From positions 2,001,125 through 2,065,124 of the forward strand of contig OZ245814.1 of the NCBI GenBank assembly GCA_965228415.1: DNA of 64,000 bases, written 5' to 3'. The stretch comes from Cyclobacteriaceae bacterium. Lineage in GTDB: Bacteria; Bacteroidota; Bacteroidia; Cytophagales; Cyclobacteriaceae. Below, piece after piece: positions 30,222 through 39,000 of this stretch. Below the pieces are notes generated by a model. That model searched no databases and was not told the origin of the DNA. It was given only the letters and a program-made list of their open reading frames with translations. Every line of letters begins with the position of its first letter. Positions within the stretch are counted from its first letter, which is position 1. The position numbers and the translations under genes are program-made.

Positions 30222-30875
30222 ATGACAGAACTTTTTGATGCAGCGATTTCATTGCCCAATATTATCCCAACAGCCTTGCTGGGCCTGGTATTGCTATACT
30301 GGATAACAGTTGTGTTGGGTGCATTGGATTTTGATTTTTTGGATTTTGACCTGGATACGGAAATCGAGGGTGAATTAGAGGTGAGTGCAGACGCAGGCGG
30401 TGAGGGTGATGTTTCCATATCCTGGCTCAATTCAATTCTCGTATTCTTTAATATTGGCAGAGTCCCCTTCATGCTGTTTTTAAGCACTTTAGCGTTGCCA
30501 TTGTGGGTACTCTCCGTAATGACCAACTATTACCTGGGCATCGAATCGTTCCTGGGCGGATTACTGGTTTTTGTTCCGGTATTTTTTGTAAGCCTGTTCA
30601 TTGCCAAATTTCTGACCTTTCCGTTTGTTAAGCTATTTCAACATATGGAAAAAGAAGACGGAGAATCGAATTCGGCTGTCGGCAAGATTTGCGTTGTCTC
30701 TACCCTGATCACAGATAAAAAAATCGGTCAGGCGCAAGTAGCAACCAGCGGATCACCGATTTTACTGAATGTGGTAACGGGATCGGGCCATCAACTTAAA
30801 AGTGGCGACACCGCACTGGTCATCGAATTTTTAAAAGAGAGAAACCTGTACCTGGTAGAACCCTATAGCGGCTGA
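30222..30875 (+). CDS. NfeD/YqiJ-like membrane protein with C-terminal OB-fold
   Basis: Acidic DFDFLDFDLD segment, 3–4 TM helices, and a C-terminal NfeD beta-barrel (GKICVVSTLITDKKIGQAQV...GDTALVIEF). Confidence 0.6.
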   Translation: MTELFDAAISLPNIIPTALLGLVLLYWITVVLGALDFDFLDFDLDTEIEGELEVSADAGGEGDVSISWLNSILVFFNIGRVPFMLFLSTLALPLWVLSVMTNYYLGIESFLGGLLVFVPVFFVSLFIAKFLTFPFVKLFQHMEKEDGESNSAVGKICVVSTLITDKKIGQAQVATSGSPILLNVVTGSGHQLKSGDTALVIEFLKERNLYLVEPYSG

Positions 30876-30928
30876 CAAATGTCAGTCATGAATTATCAAT
30901 TTTAATCAACAACTTATCATCAAATCAT

Positions 30929-33061
30929 ATGGAAACATCAATGCTTTGGACAATAGTCATATTAACAGCATTCTTTTTAATAGCAATTTTGATACTCATT
31001 GCCAGAATGTACCGCAAGGCGGTGCAGGGCGAAGCTCTGGTCAGAACAGGGGCCGGGGGCACTAAAATATCATTCAATGGTATACTATCTTTTCCGGTAA
31101 TTCACAAACTTGAAATTATGGATATCACCCTGAAAACCATGGTGGTCTCCAGAACGGGAAAAGACGGCTTAATTTGCAAAGACAACATGCGAGCCGATAT
31201 TCAAATCACCTTTTTTGTAAGGGTTAACAAAACCGAGGATGATGTAAAACACGTGGCACAATCAATAGGTTGTCATCGCGCTTCCGATACCCAACAATTG
31301 GAGTTACTCTTTGATGCCAAATTTTCAGAGGCATTGAAGACGGTGGGCAAGCAATTTGATTTTGTAGAACTTTATAACTCCAGGGCTGATTTCAGGGATA
31401 AAATCATTGAAGAAATAGGCACCAACCTTAACGGTTACATACTTGATGACTGTGCCATCGATTACCTGGAACAAACCCCGCTTGATTCCCTTAATGAAAG
31501 TAATATCCTGGATGCTGAGGGTATTAAAAAAATCATTGACATTACTTCAAGGGAGAAAATCAAAGCCAACTTAATTGAAAAAGAGAAAGAGAAAACGATT
31601 ACAAAACAAAATGTGGAAGCCCGTGAGACCATACTGGAACTGGAAAAACAGCTGGCGGAAACTGAGGAAAAACAACGCAAGGAAATTGCGATCACAAAAG
31701 CCCGCGAGGAAGCGGAGACGAAGACTATGCAGGAGCAGGAAAGGCTGAAGTCAGAAAAAGCCCGCATTGTTACGGATGAAGAGCTACAGGTAGCCGAGGA
31801 AAACAAAATGCGTGAAATCATTGTGGCATTGAAAAACAAGGAGAAAACAGAAGCCATAGAAAGTGAGCGAGTGGAGCAGGCGCGGTCTCTTGAAGCTACG
31901 GAAAGAGAAAGAATCGTGACCCTCGCACAAATAGAGAAGGAAAAGGCCGTGGAAGAGGAGCGCAAAAACATCCAGGATGTTATCCGTGAAAGGGTAGCCG
32001 TGGAAAAAGCTGTGGTGGAGGAAGAGGAGAAAATTAAAGACACAAAGGCATATGCCGAGGCTGACAGGTTGAAAAAAGTGGCCATTACCAACGCTGAAAA
32101 AGACGCTGAGGAAGCACTGGTGAAGGAAATCAAAAGTGCCGAAGCCAAGAAACACGCAGCTGAGCACCTCGCCAAGCAAAAACTGATTGATGCCGATGCC
32201 GAGCAGGCATCTGCTGGACAAAGGGCAGACGCCATTAAAACACTGGCGGAAGCCAAGGCCGCTGAAGCTGCTGCACTGGGCATGTCCGAAGCTCAGGTAA
32301 TGGAAGCCAAAGCCGATGCACGCATCAAACAGGGTGAGGCAGAAGCCAGCGTTATCGAGGACCAGGCCATAGCTGAAGCCAAAGGCATTCAGGCCAAATC
32401 GGAAGCTCAGGCGTTGGGGAATCAAAAAATAGGTTTGGCCGAGGCAACTGTCATTGAAGCCCGGGCCCAGGCCGAAGAAAAGAAAGGCCTTGCCGAAGCA
32501 ACGGTCATGTCTGAGAAGTTTTCAGTAGACGCCAAAGGCATTGAGCAAAAAGCCAATGCGATGAAGAAACTGGATGGTGTTGGCAAGGAGCATGAGGAAT
32601 TCAAGTTGAAGTTAGGAAAGGAAAAGGAAATAGAGCTGGCTTCTATCCATATCCAGAAAGACATCGCCGAAGCCCAGGCCAGGGTCATCGCGGAAGCCTT
32701 GAAGGCTGCCAACATAGATATTGTAGGCGGAGAAACCATGTTCTTTGATCAAATCATTAACGCAGTTACCAGGGGTAAGTCAATTGACAGAATGGTCGAC
32801 AACAGTCATGTGATCGGCAGTGTTAAAGATACTTTCTTTAATTCCGATACCGGTGGGAATTTCAAAACCAGGCTCTCACAATTTATAGATCAGTTTGGAA
32901 TTAACCCGGAAGATGTCAAAAACTTAAGCCTGTCGGCGCTGTTGCTGAAAATGATGCATAAAGCCAAGGACAAGGATACCAAAGGCATTATCAGTCAATT
33001 GACCAGCGTTTCCGAAGCGCTCGGAATCGCGGATAAATCTGCTGAAAGCATCGGCCTGTAG
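30929..33061 (+). CDS. Flotillin/SPFH (band-7, YqiK-like) protein with long Ala/Glu-rich coiled-coil
   Basis: N-terminal TM and an SPFH core (ALVRTGAGGTKISFNGILSFPVIHKLEIMDITL), then ~350 aa of EA-rich heptad repeats and a C-terminal flotillin tail. Confidence 0.8.
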   Translation: METSMLWTIVILTAFFLIAILILIARMYRKAVQGEALVRTGAGGTKISFNGILSFPVIHKLEIMDITLKTMVVSRTGKDGLICKDNMRADIQITFFVRVNKTEDDVKHVAQSIGCHRASDTQQLELLFDAKFSEALKTVGKQFDFVELYNSRADFRDKIIEEIGTNLNGYILDDCAIDYLEQTPLDSLNESNILDAEGIKKIIDITSREKIKANLIEKEKEKTITKQNVEARETILELEKQLAETEEKQRKEIAITKAREEAETKTMQEQERLKSEKARIVTDEELQVAEENKMREIIVALKNKEKTEAIESERVEQARSLEATERERIVTLAQIEKEKAVEEERKNIQDVIRERVAVEKAVVEEEEKIKDTKAYAEADRLKKVAITNAEKDAEEALVKEIKSAEAKKHAAEHLAKQKLIDADAEQASAGQRADAIKTLAEAKAAEAAALGMSEAQVMEAKADARIKQGEAEASVIEDQAIAEAKGIQAKSEAQALGNQKIGLAEATVIEARAQAEEKKGLAEATVMSEKFSVDAKGIEQKANAMKKLDGVGKEHEEFKLKLGKEKEIELASIHIQKDIAEAQARVIAEALKAANIDIVGGETMFFDQIINAVTRGKSIDRMVDNSHVIGSVKDTFFNSDTGGNFKTRLSQFIDQFGINPEDVKNLSLSALLLKMMHKAKDKDTKGIISQLTSVSEALGIADKSAESIGL

Positions 33062-33197
33062 CAAGCCGCTTAATTGGACAATGCCGGGGTTTAGTCAAAT
33101 CCCGGCAATCCCAAAAATCTAATAGTATAAATAGAAAGACAATCTTGCTGGATCTGTAAGAGGGAGGTAGCTACTATCATACTTAAACCTCTGTAAA

Positions 33198-33422
33198 ATG
33201 AATAGTTCAAACGAAAAACTTGCTTGTAAAATCAGTGGTATGATCATCAGCTTTTTCATTGCTGGTATGATGATCATTCTGCTAACCAATGCAGATCACC
33301 ATAGAATATCTACCTGGATCGCTTTTTTCATAGCCATGCTGGGTTTGGTGGCACTCAATATCATTTACCTGAATTTGATAGAAAATGTATTTAGAAAGCT
33401 TAACCATAAAAATAAATTATAA
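33198..33422 (+). CDS. Small 2-TM membrane protein (74 aa)
   Basis: Two clear hydrophobic helices; sits in the gap between flotillin and the permease on the same strand. No homology is recognised. Confidence 0.35.
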   Translation: MNSSNEKLACKISGMIISFFIAGMMIILLTNADHHRISTWIAFFIAMLGLVALNIIYLNLIENVFRKLNHKNKL

Positions 33423-33426
33423 ACAG

Positions 33427-33699
33427 ATGAAATACTGGCCAAGAGAGCCGATAAAGGATAGTCTGAAAACACGAAAACAATCAACTGACAAGTCTGAAAA
33501 GAATTTTGAAGATGAATTACACAGATTCGAGATTACAGGGCTGAAAAAGAAAATCAAAAAGCTAAAACAACGCAATCTCGAAAAATTTAAAGAAAGAGCC
33601 GCTTATAAGAAACAGGTTGTACAAAAACAAATTACGCTGGTATTGCTGATTTTTACATTGATCTGGTTCTTTTTGTTGATGATGATTTGGCTTAATTAG
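33427..33699 (+). CDS. Small tail-anchored coiled-coil protein (~90 aa)
   Basis: ATG at 33427 lies 5 bp after the preceding stop. Lys/Glu-rich helix followed by a C-terminal TM (ITLVLLIFTLIWFFLLMMIWL). Confidence 0.35.
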   Translation: MKYWPREPIKDSLKTRKQSTDKSEKNFEDELHRFEITGLKKKIKKLKQRNLEKFKERAAYKKQVVQKQITLVLLIFTLIWFFLLMMIWLN

Positions 33700-33756
33700 G
33701 CTCACTCAAACAAGTAGACTTTAACAATACAATAACATAAAAAGATACTAAACACT

Positions 33757-35235
33757 ATGATAAAACATTTAATAAGTCATCAGTGGAAGCAATCTTCCAG
33801 ATCTAAAAAATTTGCCGAAAGCACCGGGATTAAAATTGTATATTGGTTTTTTGTAGGCCTTATGCTTTTATATGTCCTGGCGGCTGGATTTTTTATCGAT
33901 AAAATTCTGGAGGCATCATTCCCTAATCAGGACCTTATAACCGTTTTTAATAGTTTCATTTTATATTATTTCACAGCGGATGTATTTATGCGGTTTTATC
34001 TTCAGGATGTGCCTATTTTATCGATCAGCCCCTATCTGCATTTACCCATAAAAAAGCGTAAAATGATTCATTTTATGCTCTCAAAGTCGCTGCTAAGCCT
34101 TTTTAATTACCTGCCACTCTTTGTATTTATCCCATTTGGGCTGAAGGTAATTCTTCCAGCATTGGGGGCGGGTTATGCAATTATCTGGCTGTTGGGGATG
34201 TATGGCTTAATTTTGACCAATAACTTCCTGGCAATTTATTTAAAGAGACAATTGGTAGGAAACTTTAAGGTGGTCATCAGCTTTATCGCCCTTATTATTA
34301 CCTCGGCCATTGTCGATTTAATGGGCTGGGTAGATTTTTCTGAACTATCATCCCTGCTTTTCACCGGCCTGGGATACAGTTCCGGATATCTGCTGGTTGT
34401 CGGGGGCCTATTACTAACTGCCTATTTGTCAAATTATCTTTTACTAAAGAAAAATAGTTACCTGGACGAAATTGACTACGGAAAAAAGAAAGACGGCTTC
34501 AAGGCCATCAACACCTCTTTTTTACAGCGTTATGGCAACATAGGATCCCTGATCGCCATGGAGTTAAAGCTGATCTTCAGGAATAAAAGGCCTAAATCGA
34601 TATTTTTCATGAGCATTGTGCTCTTGTTGTATGGTTTTTTATTTTATCCCAACGACTTCTATATGGAGGGATTTGGTATGCTCACGTTTGTAGGAGTCTT
34701 TATGACCGGCATATTCCTGAGCAATTACGGCCAGTTATTGTTAAGCTGGAATAGCAATTTCTTTGATAAGATCATCACCAGCCGCGTCAATATGCACGAG
34801 TATTTTGAGTCGAAATTCTGGCTGTTTTTTGTTACTTCCACCGCTGCCTTTATCCTTACTGTTCCATATTTATATTTTGGCTGGAAGGTATTGGCTATCA
34901 ATGCAGCCTGTTATTTATTTAATATTGGCGTCAATGCCTTTGTGATATTTTACTTCAGCATGCGAAACCCCAAGCGAATAGATCTGTCCAAAAGTGCTTC
35001 TTTCAACTACGAAGGTGTCACGGCTACACAGTTCATCTTAATCTTGCCTATTCTGCTATTCCCGGTTTTACTGGTATTGCCCTTCCAATATGTGGAAGTG
35101 CCATACCTGGGAATTTCCCTGCTGGCGGTTATGGGCATAGTGGGGCTGTTTTTGAAAAATACCTGGTTTAAACTGATTGAAAAAAGATACAGGACCAAAA
35201 AGCACGAACTTGCTACTGGTTTCAGACAAGTGTAA
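33757..35235 (+). CDS. Polytopic membrane protein (~12 TM), putative ABC-2-type permease partner
   Basis: Two 6-TM halves and no conserved catalytic motif; immediately followed by the ABC ATPase. Confidence 0.55.
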   Translation: MIKHLISHQWKQSSRSKKFAESTGIKIVYWFFVGLMLLYVLAAGFFIDKILEASFPNQDLITVFNSFILYYFTADVFMRFYLQDVPILSISPYLHLPIKKRKMIHFMLSKSLLSLFNYLPLFVFIPFGLKVILPALGAGYAIIWLLGMYGLILTNNFLAIYLKRQLVGNFKVVISFIALIITSAIVDLMGWVDFSELSSLLFTGLGYSSGYLLVVGGLLLTAYLSNYLLLKKNSYLDEIDYGKKKDGFKAINTSFLQRYGNIGSLIAMELKLIFRNKRPKSIFFMSIVLLLYGFLFYPNDFYMEGFGMLTFVGVFMTGIFLSNYGQLLLSWNSNFFDKIITSRVNMHEYFESKFWLFFVTSTAAFILTVPYLYFGWKVLAINAACYLFNIGVNAFVIFYFSMRNPKRIDLSKSASFNYEGVTATQFILILPILLFPVLLVLPFQYVEVPYLGISLLAVMGIVGLFLKNTWFKLIEKRYRTKKHELATGFRQV

Positions 35236-35272
35236 GTGTAAATTCTTCATCAACCTATTAATATTAAATACT

Positions 35273-35974
35273 ATGAATTTTATAGAAATCAATAACCTCA
35301 AAAAAGCATATAAACTAACAGAAGTTGTCAATATTCCCCATCTGGCTATTCCGGTGGGTGAGAGTTTTGGACTCGTGGGTAACAATGGGGCCGGCAAAAC
35401 CACACTGTTTAGAATGATCCTTGACCTCACCAGACCCAATTACGGAGAGGTCGCCAGCAAAGGCATCAATGTCAGGCAAAGTGAGGAATGGAAAGGCTAT
35501 ACGGGCTCTTACCTGGACGAAGGCTTTGTCATTGATTTTTTGACACCCGATGAATACTTTCATTTCATCGGCGATATTAATCAACTCTCCAAAGGCGATA
35601 TCAATGAGTTTCTGGATGCTTTTGCCGAAGTTTTTAATGACGAAATCATTGGAAAAAAGAAATATATCCGCGATTTATCCAAGGGCAACCAGAAAAAAGT
35701 GGGTATTGCGGCAGCACTGATGATCAACCCGGAAATAATCCTGCTGGACGAACCCTTCGCCAACCTGGATCCAAGTACACAGATACGGCTCAAAAAATAC
35801 CTGATAGAGATCAAACGACAAAAACAAGTTACCTTACTCATTTCCAGTCACGATCTCAATCATGTGACCGAAGTTTGTGAGAGAATTGTAGTATTGGAAA
35901 AAGGAGAAATTATTCATGACATAAGAACCAGCCAAAACACCTTAAAAGCATTGGAAGAACATTTCGCCGTGTAG
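35273..35974 (+). CDS. ABC transporter ATP-binding protein
   Basis: Walker A GNNGAGKTT, ABC signature LSKGNQKKV and Walker B ILLDEP. The start is placed at MNFIEINNL because the longer ORF starting at 35177 would overlap the permease. Confidence 0.85.
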   Translation: MNFIEINNLKKAYKLTEVVNIPHLAIPVGESFGLVGNNGAGKTTLFRMILDLTRPNYGEVASKGINVRQSEEWKGYTGSYLDEGFVIDFLTPDEYFHFIGDINQLSKGDINEFLDAFAEVFNDEIIGKKKYIRDLSKGNQKKVGIAAALMINPEIILLDEPFANLDPSTQIRLKKYLIEIKRQKQVTLLISSHDLNHVTEVCERIVVLEKGEIIHDIRTSQNTLKALEEHFAV

Positions 35975-36033
35975 CGACAAAGTTCCCGGATCATTTTATA
36001 AAAACACTTTAATATCAATCAGAATAACCATTA

Positions 36034-39000
36034 ATGACAGAAAAAAAAACAAATAACAAAAAGAAAAATCAAAATCCGGCTGCCGAATTGGAGGCGGGAA
36101 CTTATGAAATTTTAAGCAAAAGGCTGCAAAATAATGGCCTTCAGCTCAGGGAAAAGCTACACAGGCTCAACGAATCCAGAAAGGAAGTATTTGGATCAAT
36201 TGATACTGCGCTGATCACAACCGAAAGAATAAATACGGAGCACAACTGTATTCCCTGGGACATGGAACCGATCGGTAATCACTTTATCTTTGGCTACAAT
36301 GTCCATATCGGGCTGAAAGTGGAAATGCAACTCGCCGATGTGTTCAGTATTTATACTTTCAAAGATCACGGCTTTCACGCCGAAGGACTCGAATTGATCA
36401 CCGACAACGCCTTCATTGAAGATTTCAGAAAGTTATATAAGTATTATAAAAACACCCGGTTTGTAAAATTTGCACGGATTGAAAATCATTTGTTCATGAT
36501 TTTCCGGGTAGGAAAAGGCAGGGATGATATCAAGACATTTAAATGGTTAATAAACGGTTTGGAATTGGTCTATGTAGACAACAGGAGTGATCATGAATAT
36601 GTTTTTCCCAGCCAACACGAATTTAACTGGAAAAAAACCAACAGAGACTTCCACCGGGAAGGTGAATTTCCTCATATCTCTATTGAGGACAAGGTTTTTG
36701 TAGAAACGATTGGTGGTGACCTTACCATTAAAATAGAGGACAACACCGATGAGGGAAAAGGAATATATGCGGAAAAGGTGGAAAATATAGATCAAAGACT
36801 GGAAGACGCTGAGATTTATTATACCATTTTAGGAAATATTATTATTCTTAAAATCAGACCTTATCAGGAAAAAAACTTTCGCTATATCGTTTACAACGCA
36901 AAATTAAAGGAAGCCAGGAGAATCGACGCTTTAAAAGATGCCTGTGTATTGTTGCCGGATGATTATGGGATCATTTTTTCCAACGGCTATTACCTAAAGA
37001 CGGGAGAGTTTAAGCAATTCGACAACCAGTTGGATAACATGCATTTTGAAAGAAGAATTGCCTCGCCTAATGGCGAAGATTTTCTTTATGTCTTTTACAA
37101 TAAAGACTCCGGGGTTTATCTTTTATTTCCTTATAATATCATCGAGCAAAAAGTCAATACGCCGCTAACCTGTCACGGTTATTCGATCTTTGAAAACGGG
37201 GAGCTTATTATTTTGAATGCGGACAATGCAGCCAAAAAGCATCACGCTATACAAATATGGCAGACCCCTTATACCGGACCAAATTACCAGGTACAGGGCT
37301 CCAACAACTCCTATTTATATAAAATCGGCAACAAAGAAATCGTTAAGGCCATGGCTGAATGCCATGAAGTAATCAGCCTCATTGAAAAGGGAGACGACTA
37401 CGAAAACCTATATGCAGATTTAATAGGGATTACCGGCGATTTAAAAGACAGCTATCATTGGGTCGCCAGAGAAGAGGCGCATGATCTGGCTTCATCGTTG
37501 ACAGCCATACACGAGACCGCATCATCTGCTATCTCCGAATTTGAAAAAGTAAACGCGCTTAGAAAAAACACCAGAGAACAGGTGGCCTTGATATCAAAGG
37601 AAACCAAGGGCCTGATCAGCAAAATAAAACGTCAAAAAACGGACACGGTCAATGCCTACGTGTTGAACCTGCAAGACCTGCGAAATATCCGGGGTAAATT
37701 GATTTCTTTGAAAGAACTGCGGTACGTGGATCTTGAAGCCGTTGAAGGGTTTGAAAAAGAGGTGGAAATGGCTACTGCGAATACCTCCGGGGAATGTATT
37801 AAATTCTTGCTAAAAAAAGATGCACTGGCACCCTACGCGCAAAACGTGACCAGGATTGAGCGCGCAGTGCAACAGTTGGAAAAAATAGTGGAAGCCAACC
37901 AATTGGCAGAGGAGATTGCCAAAGTATCAGGGGAGTTGGAATTACTGATAGAAATTGTCACCAACCTGAAAATTGAAGATGCTACCGAAACTACCAGAAT
38001 TGTGGATAACATTTCGACCATCTATTCAGGTTTTAATAAAATAAAGGCAGATCTCAAAAATAAGAGAATATTGCTGTTGGGTGTCGAGGGTAAGGCGGAG
38101 TTCAATGCACAAATGAAGTTGGTAGACCAGGGGCTGATCAACTACCTGGACATCTGTGACACACCCGAAAAATGTGATGAATACCTTACCAGGTTAATGG
38201 TTCAGCTGGAGGAGCTGGAAGGTAAATTTTCCGAATTCGATGAATTTATAGATAAAATAAGCCTCAAAAGGGAAGAAATCTATAACGGGTTTGAAACCCG
38301 CAAAATTGCCCTGATCGAAGCGCAAACCAAACGGGCCAATACGTTGATGCAGGCCGCCGACAGAATTTTGGGTGCGGTCAAAAGCCGTGTGTCCAGGTTT
38401 GAATCAATTGATGAGATCAATGGCTATTACGCCGGGGATCTGATGGTAGAAAAAGCACGTGACATAATTACCTCACTGGTAGATTTGGGTGATACCGTGA
38501 AATCCGATGAGATCCAAAGCCGGCTGAAAGCAGTGCGCGAAGAAGCTATGAGGCAACTCAAAGACAAAAAAGAGCTGTTCCTTTCCGGAGAAAATATCAT
38601 TCAATTTGGTAATCATAAGTTTTCGGTCAATACGCAACCCCTTAGTCTTACCATTGTACCAAAAGGGGATGACATGTATTTTCACCTGACAGGCACAAAC
38701 TTTTTCGAAAAAATCAACGATGCCGGCTTTAATGATTGCAAAGCTGTCTGGGATCAGGCCCATGTATCTGAAAATCCACAGGTTTACAAAGGCGAATACC
38801 TGGCTTACAAAATCATAAAATCAAAGCCTTCGGGTTCAGGTGCAGCGCAAAATATAGCCGTTCTTACGCCCGAGCAGTTAATAAAGCTGGATCAAAAAAA
38901 ATTGAAGAATTACGTGCAGCAATTCATGGCCACAAGATATCATGAAGCCTATATAAAAGGGGTTCATGACCACGATGCCATCATGATATTAAATGTTTTA

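Noticed and set aside
31462-32739. Three long antisense ORFs (105–273 aa, Ser/Ala/Cys-rich) opposite the flotillin gene
   Set aside because: They arise from the GC-skewed Ala/Glu-rich coiled-coil coding repeat (GCNGAR codons read in reverse). The peptides are low-complexity.
35177-35272. Longer N-terminal extension of the ABC ATPase (MKKDTGPKS...)
   Set aside because: It overlaps the permease 3' end by 59 nt. The internal ATG at 35273 yields the canonical ABC N-terminus 5 codons before the beta-strand that precedes Walker A.
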